Part shown: positions 9,994 through 19,211 of the stretch, piece by piece
How positions within the stretch are numbered: position 1 is the first letter of the stretch
Layout: each line of letters opens with the position of its first letter
Assembly (NCBI GenBank): GCA_964527595.1
Contig: CAZGPI010000001.1
Coordinates: forward strand, 145,145-209,144
Length of the DNA stretch: 64,000 nucleotides
Reading direction: 5' to 3'
DNA from: an uncultured Pseudomonadota bacterium
Lineage (GTDB): Bacteria > Babelota > Babeliae > Babelales > RVW-14
Notes under the pieces: model-generated
What the model saw: only the letters and a program-made list of their open reading frames with translations
Told to the model about the DNA's origin: nothing
The model's database searches: none
Made by a program: the position numbers and the translations under genes

Positions 9994-10979
9994 GATTTTT
10001 TTGCCCGATAAATGTCGGCAATGATTTCTTCCATGGGTTGTTCAAAAATATTAATATCTTTAATATCGAATGTGTTGACCGCATAACTTAACAATTTATC
10101 GATGGGTGTTGTTTTTATGTCCAGTTCAATTTTGATGGTGTGCTTATTTTTTTCTATGATTGTGCCACCTTCAAAAGAAAAGTTTTCAAGCGAATCTTCG
10201 GTTACCAATTCAATGATTTTTGTTTTGATAAAGTTGTTTTTGAGCATATCGGTTGAATCATCAAAAATCACTTTTCCATGGTTGATAACAATGGTACGGT
10301 TTGCAAGTGTTTCAATATCGCCGGCATCGTGCGAGGTAAGGAAAATGGTCGCCTTCTCAGTTTTATTGAGAAACAAAATAACCTCGCGGATGTGTTGCTT
10401 GGCTATAACATCAAGCCCAATTGTTGGCTCATCAAGAAAGATAATTTTGGGTTTATGGAGCAACGAAGCAACAATTTCGCAACGCATACGTTGCCCGAGT
10501 GAAAGTTTGCGGACCGATATAGTCATAAGGTCGCCAATCTCAAATGCATCGACCAACATTTTAAGCCGATCTTGATACATGGTGCGATCAAGTTCATAGA
10601 TGCGAGAATATAGATTATAAGTATCTAACGGCGTTAAGTGATACCACAATTGCGGTTTTTGTCCAAACACCGAACCTATAGAGTAGGCAAGTTTTTGCCG
10701 GTCTTGCGATGGATTTAAACCCAAGACGCTTATTTGTCCCGTGGTTGGATAAAGGATACCGGTGAGCATCTTTATGGTTGTCGATTTTCCCGCACCATTT
10801 GGTCCAATAAAGGCGACCAATTCACCTTCAGTGACCGAAAATGATATATCATCAACGGCCAAAACACTTTTTACTTGAGGGGCGAATAGTGATTTGATTC
10901 CGCCAAGAAAACCGGGTTGCTTTTGTTGCAGCTGAAATTTTTTTGTGAGGTTTTTGACCTCGATGACATGATTATGCAT
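9990..10979 (-). CDS. ABC transporter ATP-binding protein
   Basis: Walker A 'GPNGAGKST', signature 'LSLGQRMR', Walker B 'IIFLDEPT', H-loop 'TSHD'. Confidence 0.9.
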   Translation of the reverse strand: MHNHVIEVKNLTKKFQLQQKQPGFLGGIKSLFAPQVKSVLAVDDISFSVTEGELVAFIGPNGAGKSTTIKMLTGILYPTTGQISVLGLNPSQDRQKLAYSIGSVFGQKPQLWYHLTPLDTYNLYSRIYELDRTMYQDRLKMLVDAFEIGDLMTISVRKLSLGQRMRCEIVASLLHKPKIIFLDEPTIGLDVIAKQHIREVILFLNKTEKATIFLTSHDAGDIETLANRTIVINHGKVIFDDSTDMLKNNFIKTKIIELVTEDSLENFSFEGGTIIEKNKHTIKIELDIKTTPIDKLLSYAVNTFDIKDINIFEQPMEEIIADIYRAKKS

Positions 10980-11073
10980 AAAGCCCCCTTACTTTGATTA
11001 TCGGTGAATTGCTATTGTTGAATTTTAATTAACCGATGTATAAAAATCAAGAGAAGAGAGAATAATTCAAATT

Positions 11074-12048
11074 TTAGTAGTGACGCCACGGATAATGCTG
11101 TACAGCCGGGCGGGGCTCTTCAACTCCATATGCGCTGTTGTTACAATCTGGATACGCGTGTCTGCCTCCAGGGCAATTTGCTTGGCAAAACCAGCAAAAT
11201 TCATGGCGACATGATCTGCAGGTCATGTGTCTGCAGCCTCCATTTCTTTCAATCCCTTCATTGCATTGAGGGCATTGTACTCCTGCTTGTAGATATGCAG
11301 CCGTAGCTGGGTCAATATCCCTTGTATCTAAAGACCCAGGAGATAAATGGGCCAGAAGGGCAATGTCGTAAGCTCTGAGCATTGTTGCATTATCGTGTGT
11401 TATTTTTTGTATGTCTTCTCTCGTAAGTACTGCTTGCTCAAAACCAGGGACTATAATTCTATCGAACAAATTACGATCATTCTGATATTTTGTAAAAACG
11501 TGTTGCAATAAACAATCTCTACAACAAGAATATCCGCAATTTAGATGTGTTAAATTTTCATCATTAAAGCAAACGTTGCACGCACCGATATGTTCTTGTT
11601 CATTATCTACATATGTAGGATCTGGATGAATATCAGCGACATTTTGTATGTTGGCTGGGGCAGGAGCAGCAGCTATTCTTGCTTTAATAATGGCAACTTC
11701 GATTTGTTTTTTTATTATGGGAGCACAAATAACGCCAACAACAACAATGCCTGCACCAATGCAAATATTTCGAAGGGTATGGCTTTTGGCTGGGGGTGTG
11801 GCAGCTTCTTTTACTTCATTAGCTTCATCACCAGGTAATAAAGCTTCCTCTGAATTAGGCTGAGACGCTTTGGCCTTATCGGCAAGATCCTGTAATTTAT
11901 TTTTTTGTTTGGCAAGAGCTTGCGCTATTGCAGAACTCTTTTCGTGATATGCATTGTATTTTTCCGGTAAAGCGCAAAAAATTGATGATGTGCTGGTAAA
12001 TAGATAAACAACCAACGCAAATAAAATAGTATTTTTATGTAATTGCAC
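11074..12048 (-). CDS. Membrane-anchored RBR-like E3 ligase-like protein A (degenerate RING1, intact Rcat/RING2)
   Basis: Signal-like N-terminus, coiled coil, and TM 'ICIGAGIVVVGVICAPII'. RING1-like 'CNVCFNDENLTHLNCGYSCCRDC' and Rcat 'CPQCNEGIERNGGCRHMTCRSCRHEFCWFC'. Confidence 0.7.
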   Translation of the reverse strand: MQLHKNTILFALVVYLFTSTSSIFCALPEKYNAYHEKSSAIAQALAKQKNKLQDLADKAKASQPNSEEALLPGDEANEVKEAATPPAKSHTLRNICIGAGIVVVGVICAPIIKKQIEVAIIKARIAAAPAPANIQNVADIHPDPTYVDNEQEHIGACNVCFNDENLTHLNCGYSCCRDCLLQHVFTKYQNDRNLFDRIIVPGFEQAVLTREDIQKITHDNATMLRAYDIALLAHLSPGSLDTRDIDPATAAYLQAGVQCPQCNEGIERNGGCRHMTCRSCRHEFCWFCQANCPGGRHAYPDCNNSAYGVEEPRPAVQHYPWRHY

Positions 12049-12193
12049 GAATGATTCCTTTATGAATATAAAATTCGATGTTAAAACCAGAGTTATTAAA
12101 GCTTATTGAATTTTTATGGAAAAATCAAATCATTCGACTTGACAGCGCAATGCCGAACTTGTTTTTCTATTTGAATTTGACTGGTAGCGGTTT

Positions 12194-13198
12194 TTAGCGA
12201 TGATAGGTTGGAATATGTGCCTCTGCCCCATATATGCCGGCGCCACAGTTTGGATAGGCGTGTGTATGGCCATTATAATCAAGCAAGCAATTATAGCAAA
12301 ATTGATGTCCGCACCGGCAAGTCATATGGTTACATCCTTCATTTCGTTCAACGCCTTGGTGGCAGCGAGGGCAAGGTCTTACGTGTTGATAAATGTATTC
12401 AGCGTCAGCTGCATCCATGTGTTCCATATTTACCGGCACAGGATTTAGGCGTTGCTGATGTGCTCTTTCATAGGCGCCAAGCATTATGGTGTCGTTACTC
12501 GTTATGTTTGCAATGTCATTTCTGTTGATGGTTTCCGTGCATCCGCCTATTGGTTGATCTGGGCAATTTATCATATCAAACCTCTCAAGTGCATTATTGC
12601 GAGCATGTTGGAGGTTTCGTTGCAAGCATTCTCTACAATAAGAGTGTCCGCAATGTAGACGGATTAAGGGACGTTCTTCAAGGCAAATGCCGCATTCGCT
12701 ACGAGGGCCTAATTCTGCTTCTGCATGAATTTGCTCGGGTGCTTGATTGGGCCATGCAAATTGGTTTTGTTGTGGCGCGGCTGGTACCTCGAGTCTTACG
12801 CGTCTCCAGTATTCATCTTCGCGTTGTTGCCGCCTGCGTTCTGCCTCGCGCTCGTCTTCAATTATCGCCCAAACAAGCGCAGCTGCAATAAGGCTAGCAC
12901 CGATAAGAACATTTCTAAGGGTGTGGCTTTTGGCTGGGGGTGTGGCAGTCGCGTCTTTTTCATTGGCATCGTTATTAGGTAATAGTTCCTGCTCTGCATT
13001 AGGCTGTGATTCTTTAGCCTTATCGGCAAGGTCCTGTAATTTGTTTTTTTGTTTAGCAAGAGCTTGCGCTATTGCAGAACTCTTTTCTTGGTGTGAATCG
13101 TGTTTATCTGGCAGAGCGCAAAAAATAGATGATGTACTGGTAAATAGAAAAAGAATCAGCGTAAATAAAATAGTATTTTTATGTAATTGTAATTGCAT
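12194..13198 (-). CDS. Membrane-anchored RBR-like E3 ligase-like protein B (complete RING1 + Rcat, no IBR)
   Basis: RING1 'CGICLEERPLIRLHCGHSYCRECL...INCPDQPIGGC' and Rcat 'CPRCHQGVERNEGCNHMTCRCGHQFCYNC'. The N-terminal ~100 aa are nearly identical to protein A. Confidence 0.75.
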   Translation of the reverse strand: MQLQLHKNTILFTLILFLFTSTSSIFCALPDKHDSHQEKSSAIAQALAKQKNKLQDLADKAKESQPNAEQELLPNNDANEKDATATPPAKSHTLRNVLIGASLIAAALVWAIIEDEREAERRRQQREDEYWRRVRLEVPAAPQQNQFAWPNQAPEQIHAEAELGPRSECGICLEERPLIRLHCGHSYCRECLQRNLQHARNNALERFDMINCPDQPIGGCTETINRNDIANITSNDTIMLGAYERAHQQRLNPVPVNMEHMDAADAEYIYQHVRPCPRCHQGVERNEGCNHMTCRCGHQFCYNCLLDYNGHTHAYPNCGAGIYGAEAHIPTYHR

Positions 13199-13441
13199 GA
13201 ACGATTCCTTTAGTGAATATAAAACTCGATGGTAAAAAACAGAGAATTTAAAGACTACTGAATTTTTATGGAAAAATCAAATAAGCTTTGGGCAGTGTTG
13301 CGCTGCAATTATTTTTTCCATTTGAATTAAGCAATATGCTTACAGTAACACTTTCGATATGCTTCGCCGCGCTACGCGCAGCTTCGCACTTAGGACGAGC
13401 GGGTTTTGTGTATCGAACCATGCGGGCTACATAAAAAACCG

Positions 13442-13915
13442 TTAAAGGGCTTCGGCATAATCTAAGGCTGTATAATCAGCCCAATCACGAATTTCGGCGT
13501 CGGCGCCAGCAGCAAGAAGTATTTGAACCATTGCCGCCTTCTTTTTACTTATTGATTTTACAACAAGAATTAAGGCCGTTTGGCCAAAAATGTTTTTGGC
13601 ATTAACATTAACGCCTGGCATCCCAAGAATTATTTGAACCAAGCTTAAGTCATTGTCTTCTGCCGCTAAGAGTAAGGCGGTATCGCCATCGTTATTTGGT
13701 GTATTGATGTTAATCTGGGGAATTTGAACTAAAGCTTTGGCCAGGTCTTTAGCTCCGCCAAGCTTGGCGATGGTAATAAGTTGGTCGGGTATATCCAAGT
13801 CGGCTAACTCTAAGTCATCGTTCGATGAGTCAATATCCATATCATTAACCATCGCTGACGTATTAAATACGAATATAAAAATACAAATAAATGTAATGCT
13901 TACACACTTAATCAT
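13442..13915 (-). CDS. Secreted ankyrin-repeat protein
   Basis: Signal peptide 'MIKCVSITFICIFIFVFNTSAM'. ANK repeats 'DGDTALLLAAEDNDLSLVQIIL' and 'FGQTALILVVKS...MVQILLAAGADAEIRD'. The ATG at 13915 is preceded by a G6 tract on the coding strand. Confidence 0.8.
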   Translation of the reverse strand: MIKCVSITFICIFIFVFNTSAMVNDMDIDSSNDDLELADLDIPDQLITIAKLGGAKDLAKALVQIPQININTPNNDGDTALLLAAEDNDLSLVQIILGMPGVNVNAKNIFGQTALILVVKSISKKKAAMVQILLAAGADAEIRDWADYTALDYAEAL

Positions 13916-14020
13916 GACGCCCCCCGTCAATTATGCTTTTTTACAACTTCCCACAAGCTGTACATGTAAGTGTTACAAATTTTATTATGATAATTTAAGC
14001 ATAATCGAAAAGTGCTTAAA

Positions 14021-16777
14021 TTACTTGGTCACCTCACCCCAATCTTTACCAGAACGCAAGGTTACCTTTAGCGGAACATCCCAAGAAACAACGGTTTCCA
14101 TATGATGGCGAATAAGCTCGGTAACCGCCGCCTCGTTTTCTGGTAGCACCTGAATCACCAGTTCGTCATGAATCTGAAGCACTAATTGCGCATCAATCTT
14201 GGCCTCGGTTAACGCAGCATCAATCTTAATCATGGCTAATTTTAAGACGTCGGCGGCCGTTCCCTGGACCGGTGTATTAATAGCAACACGGCGCTCGGCG
14301 TCATAAAGATTTCTATTTTTTTCACGCAATCCTGGCACGTAACGTCGATGGCCCCAAATTGTTTCAACATAACCAAGCTCGGTAGCACAAGCGATGGTTT
14401 GATCGATCCATAAAGCAACCCCAGGATATTGGGCAAAATACTTTTCAATATACGCCTTGGCCTCGTTTGGCTTTATCCCCAAATCTTTGGATAATCCAAA
14501 CGGCGTCAATCCATAAATGATACTAAAGTTGATTTTTTTACCCAGCTGACGTTGATCGTTGGTAACCTGATCTAAAGCAACATCAAATAATTGAGCGGCC
14601 GTTTGCGTGTGAATATCGCGGTCATTAAGAAAAGCGTCCACCAGGTTTTTGTCTTTACATAAATGGGCAAGTACGCGTAATTCGATTTGCGAATAGTCGG
14701 CAGATAAAAATATTTTACCCGCATCGGGCTTAAATGCCGACCTAATTTGGATGCCAAATTCAGAACCGGTTGGAATGTTTTGAAGATTTGGATTTGAGCT
14801 AGATAACCGTCCAGTTGCAACCATGGTCTGGCTATATGAGGTATGAATTTTACCCGTACTTGGATTAATAAAGGTTGGAAGCGGTTCAAGATAGGTACTT
14901 TTAAGCTTAGTCAGTTCACGATGCCGAGCAATTAACGTGGCGATAGGTGACTGAGCTCCTAATTCTTGTAGCACTTCTTGGTCGGTTGAGCGTTGCCCTT
15001 TTGAACTCTTTTTGATAACCGGCAATTTAAGTTGGTCAAAAAGCAAAAATTCAACCTGCTTAGGAGAATTAAGATTAAAACTTAAAGGATTAACGATTCC
15101 CTCAAGAGCCGAAAAAAACTTTAATTCAACCAGCTGCCGTTCTTTTTCAACCGCTTTTTCAACGGTCTTAATTTCTTGAACATCAAGTGAAATTCCGGTT
15201 GCTTCCATTTTGGTCAGTATTGGATAGGTTGGCATTTCCAACGTATTAAAAAGTTCCAAAAGTTTTGGATTAGCCGCAAACCCTTTTTTGAGCGCAGCTT
15301 TTAGCTTAAAGGTTTGCAATGCATCATGTGCCCCATAACGTGCACCACGATCAAGTGGTACTTCGGCAAATGTTTTATACTCTTTGCCAACAATTTCGGC
15401 ATAGGTTTGCATCGGTTCATTTAGGCAAAATTGCGATAAATCTTTAAGGTTAATTTTTTGCCATGCATTACGTAAAAGGTTGGCAGCCAAAATTGTATCA
15501 AACGTTACGCCGGCAACATTGACCCCATAATGAAGCAAAACTAAATGATCAAATTTAGCGTTATGTAAAATCTTCTCAATTTTTGCATCTTCAAAGATTG
15601 GCTTAAGAACATTTAACACCAAGTCTCGCGCCAATTGTTGATGATGATCAACAAGACGATGGGCTACCGGAATATAGTATGCTCGCGTAGTATCGACGGC
15701 AAATGATAGCCCAACCAACTCATCTTGCAATGGAAAAAGACCGGTTGTTTCGGTATCAAACGCAAATACACCAGCCTTAATAAGAGTTTCCGCTAAATCG
15801 GTAAGCGCCACTTCGGTTTCTACAATAACACATTCCCACGTTGTAACGAGTAATGCAGGAGCCAACGGAACCAGTGATGCTTGTTGTCCGTCGGTCAATA
15901 TTGAGGCCGTCGCTTCTGACGGATAATCGCGCTCAATTTCTTTTACTAAGCTCGAAAATTCAAGGCGCTTAAATATCGGTGCTGCTTGTGCCCATGTTGG
16001 TTTATTGAATACAAAATCTGAATCTTTTAAGGTCAGTGGGCAATGCTTAAAGGTAAATAGTTGTAAGCTCAAAAACGCTTTATCCTTTTGGGTTTCAAGC
16101 AATATGCGCACGCGATCTTTTTTGACGTTATTAAGGTTTGCATAAAGGTCGTCAAGCGATTCAAATTGGTTGACCAAATCAAGAGCCGTTTTTTCACCAA
16201 CTCCGGCAACCCCTGGAATATTATCGGAGGCATCGCCAAGCAATGAGTGATAAAAGGGGATCTTGGAAACAGGCATACCTTTTTCGGTTTCATAAATTTG
16301 TTGGTCAAAAAGGCGCCCTTTAAATGGATCAAAAACTTTAACTTTTGGGCCAAGCAACTGAAACAGATCTTTATCGGGGCAGACAAGAACAATTTCGCGC
16401 GATGGATTATCATGAACAAGTGAGTAAATAATATCGTCCGCCTCAAAGCCCGATTGGGCTACTTGGCAAATACCAACAGCTTGCACAAGATCGATGATAT
16501 CTTTTTTTTGAAGCAATAATTCACTTGGAGGTGATTGCCGTGTTGCCTTGTACGCCGCATACATTTCGGTTCTAAAGGTTGGGCCCTTGGTATCCCACGC
16601 AATAACTAAATGATGCGGATCAAAATCATCGATAATTTTTTTGAGTGCCCGCGCAAAACCGTACGTTGCTTGTGTTGGAATACCGGTCGAGGTATATAAT
16701 GGCCTGATGGCATAAAATGATCGATACAAGAGGTATGAACCATCGACGATAAATAGTGTTTCTTTTGTTGATTTCAT
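14021..16777 (-). CDS. polA: DNA polymerase I (5'-3' exo, 3'-5' exo and polymerase domains)
   Basis: 'LFIVDGSYLLYRSFYA', 'FAFDTETTGL', 'DYSQIELRVLAH', 'QIHDELV'. Start taken at 'MKSTKETLF' (16777). The track's longer N-terminus has no homology context. Confidence 0.95.
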   Translation of the reverse strand: MKSTKETLFIVDGSYLLYRSFYAIRPLYTSTGIPTQATYGFARALKKIIDDFDPHHLVIAWDTKGPTFRTEMYAAYKATRQSPPSELLLQKKDIIDLVQAVGICQVAQSGFEADDIIYSLVHDNPSREIVLVCPDKDLFQLLGPKVKVFDPFKGRLFDQQIYETEKGMPVSKIPFYHSLLGDASDNIPGVAGVGEKTALDLVNQFESLDDLYANLNNVKKDRVRILLETQKDKAFLSLQLFTFKHCPLTLKDSDFVFNKPTWAQAAPIFKRLEFSSLVKEIERDYPSEATASILTDGQQASLVPLAPALLVTTWECVIVETEVALTDLAETLIKAGVFAFDTETTGLFPLQDELVGLSFAVDTTRAYYIPVAHRLVDHHQQLARDLVLNVLKPIFEDAKIEKILHNAKFDHLVLLHYGVNVAGVTFDTILAANLLRNAWQKINLKDLSQFCLNEPMQTYAEIVGKEYKTFAEVPLDRGARYGAHDALQTFKLKAALKKGFAANPKLLELFNTLEMPTYPILTKMEATGISLDVQEIKTVEKAVEKERQLVELKFFSALEGIVNPLSFNLNSPKQVEFLLFDQLKLPVIKKSSKGQRSTDQEVLQELGAQSPIATLIARHRELTKLKSTYLEPLPTFINPSTGKIHTSYSQTMVATGRLSSSNPNLQNIPTGSEFGIQIRSAFKPDAGKIFLSADYSQIELRVLAHLCKDKNLVDAFLNDRDIHTQTAAQLFDVALDQVTNDQRQLGKKINFSIIYGLTPFGLSKDLGIKPNEAKAYIEKYFAQYPGVALWIDQTIACATELGYVETIWGHRRYVPGLREKNRNLYDAERRVAINTPVQGTAADVLKLAMIKIDAALTEAKIDAQLVLQIHDELVIQVLPENEAAVTELIRHHMETVVSWDVPLKVTLRSGKDWGEVTK

Positions 16778-16805
16778 AATTATTCTTTTTTCTTTTTTTG
16801 TAATA

Positions 16806-17306
16806 TTACCATTCAAGGCCCAAAAAACAAAAGCGTACTGGGCAAACGGGACGGCCAGCCAAGCCTTTATAGGTATCTGTGCATTTGGTTTTAATGCGTT
16901 GTAAAATTTCAATAATCGGATCATTATTTTTACTCATTAGCTCAAGTATTTTATCAACCCAATCGTCCGTTGTTTTACTATCAGCAAAAAACAAATCATC
17001 CTCATCCAAAACTGCTACAACAGGATCAATTAGATTCAAAGCATTTTCAATGCGCTCTAATTCTGTATCCAAAAATTGCTTTTTTGCCTCTAAGCTTTTG
17101 TCTTTAATGCTTGCTTCTAACCAGCATGAGTATTCCTTAACGGTAGAAGTAATTGCTTGACGATTTTCTTGAAATTCTTTAGAAATTGATTCCATGTAAC
17201 TTTGTCTAAGTTTTTCTATAAGACGCGACTTAGGTGCCATTGCCAAAAGATTGCTCGAAACAATAACCATTACCACGCAACAACAAAACGTATATTTCAA
17301 CAACAT
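16806..17306 (-). CDS. Small secreted protein, family member 1 of 3 (unknown function)
   Basis: Signal peptide 'MLLKYTFCCCVVMVIVSSNLLAMA'. Acidic central stretch and C-terminal Cys/Gly/Trp tail. Weakly similar to the next two ORFs. Confidence 0.5.
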   Translation of the reverse strand: MLLKYTFCCCVVMVIVSSNLLAMAPKSRLIEKLRQSYMESISKEFQENRQAITSTVKEYSCWLEASIKDKSLEAKKQFLDTELERIENALNLIDPVVAVLDEDDLFFADSKTTDDWVDKILELMSKNNDPIIEILQRIKTKCTDTYKGLAGRPVCPVRFCFLGLEW

Positions 17307-17436
17307 AAAAATCCCTTTTTTTGCGCCGAGAGTAATTTTTTGCCATTGTCCATCTGGCTGCTGAGAGTCAACGATATCACTTCACGCTTTATCACGCAAT
17401 ACATTGCAATTATCGTTTATTTTATGCGCCAAGCAT

Positions 17437-18039
17437 TCATATTTTGTTTTGGGGAAACGGCTTCCAAGGCCCAAGTCCACCATCCATCTCTGAGATAATG
17501 GCCCCACGTCTTTGACGACGTTCATGAACAGATGATTCATTTGCCTTAAGGGCAAGCTCGCTGCAAATATCGGTAATCTTATCTCTAATGTTTTCCAAAA
17601 TTTCATTTAATGTTTTATCGTGATCAAAGTCACTCCCAATATCCTTATCAATCGCAATATCACTATCGTCATTGCCTTCAATCTCGCTACAAACGACAGA
17701 TTCCCCAGCCATTTTTTTTCGTAGCTTTCTAATTTCAATTACTATGTGTTCGAGTTCATTTTTCCAAAATTCTATTCGCTCATCTTTCTTGAAACAACAA
17801 ACCCGTTCTAATTTCTTTAAACTGTCTAAATGCGAAGAAGTAGCGAGGTCGAGAGCTTCTTCATAGGTTAATCCTTCATGTAATGATTGAAAATATGCTT
17901 GAATAAGATTCTTTTCCCTATCTTGGTCGCTAACCATAACTGCCGCAAATTCAGGCAACCCTAAACAATCCATCGTAAAAATGTTGTCCGAAAGCCCAGA
18001 GACTAGGACACTCACCAATAGAATTCGTTTAATCAACAT
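17437..18039 (-). CDS. Small secreted protein, family member 2 of 3
   Basis: Signal peptide 'MLIKRILLVSVLVSGLSDNIFTM'. Same layout as members 1 and 3: 'AYF', 'W' helix, acidic block, 'ILE' helix, 'GPW' tail. Confidence 0.5.
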   Translation of the reverse strand: MLIKRILLVSVLVSGLSDNIFTMDCLGLPEFAAVMVSDQDREKNLIQAYFQSLHEGLTYEEALDLATSSHLDSLKKLERVCCFKKDERIEFWKNELEHIVIEIRKLRKKMAGESVVCSEIEGNDDSDIAIDKDIGSDFDHDKTLNEILENIRDKITDICSELALKANESSVHERRQRRGAIISEMDGGLGPWKPFPQNKI

Positions 18040-18056
18040 AACAAAAAAACCATACT

Positions 18057-18596
18057 TTATTCATCTTTTTCTTTAGGGTGCTTCCAAGTTGATCCCCAAG
18101 GGTTAGACCCACATTTAGGGCTTGTTTCCACGCGAAGAAAACCAATCTTAATATCGGATCCGCTGGCACAAGCAGACTCCTTATGCATAATCGCGGCAAG
18201 CTTATGTGTTGTTTTTTTTTCAAGAATTTCAAAAATTTCAACTACGACAAGATCTTCTTCACTTAAGAATTCATCACTCTCGTTTTCAACAACCACCCCA
18301 CAATCATTTAGTTTTTCAGGGCAATACCAATTCTTGCCCAATACAACAAGAATAAGGGCGTGTTGATGCTTCCAATAAATTTTCTTATCTGCAGCATCTT
18401 TCTCCTTCAGCTCTAATTGCGTAAAATAACAAGAAGCAACAAACTCAACCCTTTCTTTGTTGTACTCAGGTTCCCAGTCAGAAGCTTTGAAATAAGCGCT
18501 CATAACTTCTTTTTCAATATCTTCTGGGTGCATTGCTGAAACATCAGAAGCAAATCCAATTATCAAACAACAGAAAAAGATTCTTTTTAGCGCCAT
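18057..18596 (-). CDS. Small secreted protein, family member 3 of 3
   Basis: Signal peptide 'MALKRIFFCCLIIGFASDVSAM'. Shares the layout of members 1 and 2. Confidence 0.5.
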   Translation of the reverse strand: MALKRIFFCCLIIGFASDVSAMHPEDIEKEVMSAYFKASDWEPEYNKERVEFVASCYFTQLELKEKDAADKKIYWKHQHALILVVLGKNWYCPEKLNDCGVVVENESDEFLSEEDLVVVEIFEILEKKTTHKLAAIMHKESACASGSDIKIGFLRVETSPKCGSNPWGSTWKHPKEKDE

Positions 18597-18695
18597 GTAA
18601 ACTCCTCAGAAAATCGAATACCATTTTTTTTATTCCTCAGTATACTAAAAAGAGGTGTTATCCGCAAAATTAATACGATGAGATCGCAGAAACCT

Positions 18696-19121
18696 ATGAA
18701 AATACTTGCACTCGATCTGGGCGACAAATGGGTCGGCTCAGCAACTTCAGACCCACTTGGCATAACCTGTAAACCTTATCAAACGGTTGATATTACCCAG
18801 CTTTCTGTTTTTCTTTCTCAGGTATTGGGTAAAGAAAGTATTTCAACGGTTGTTATTGGCTACCCAAAAACTATGAGTGGCGGAGAAAGCGACCAAACTA
18901 TCAAAATTGTCAAAACCAAAGAAGATCTTGAACGGCAGTTCCCTTCGGTTAATGGTACAACAATAACCTGGGTTTTATGGGATGAGCGTTTAAGCAGTAA
19001 ACGCGCAAGCACCCTACAAAACAATAAAAGCGATCCGGAATCAAAAAAGAAAAGCCATTCACTTGCCGCAGCATTTATTCTGCAAAGTTATCTGGATTTT
19101 CTTGCCTTTAATCGCGAGTAA
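18696..19121 (+). CDS. ruvX: Holliday-junction resolvase-like / pre-16S rRNA nuclease YqgF (RuvX)
   Basis: 'MKILALDLGDKWVGSATSD', 'VVIGYPKTMSGGES', 'WDERLSSKRA'. An alternative upstream ATG exists at 18678. Confidence 0.85.
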   Translation: MKILALDLGDKWVGSATSDPLGITCKPYQTVDITQLSVFLSQVLGKESISTVVIGYPKTMSGGESDQTIKIVKTKEDLERQFPSVNGTTITWVLWDERLSSKRASTLQNNKSDPESKKKSHSLAAAFILQSYLDFLAFNRE

Positions 19122-19202
19122 AGCACCACAGAACCACCAATTTATTGATCAGTTAAGCATTAATACATTAGACTTATATTATAATAATTATTTTTTTCCA
19201 TA

Positions 19203-19209
19203 GGGGGGG
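19203..19209 (+). promoter_or_regulatory. G7 homopolymer acting as probable Shine-Dalgarno, 2 nt before the ATG at 19212
   Basis: 'taGGGGGGGatATG'. Confidence 0.4.
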
Positions 19210-19211
19210 AT

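Noticed and set aside
12200-13235. Cluster of plus-strand ORFs (82-162 aa) overlapping the RBR-like gene B, with similar ones over gene A (11590-11863)
   Set aside because: They lie antisense to ORFs with clear Cys/His domain architecture. Their low-complexity, Cys/Arg-rich translations are typical of reverse-frame artefacts, and they have no RBS or motif support.
16778-16924. 49-codon N-terminal extension of polA given by the ORF track
   Set aside because: Pol I homology starts at 'MKSTKETLFIVDGSYLLYR' (ATG at 16777). The extension overlaps the upstream small secreted-protein gene and has no homology context.
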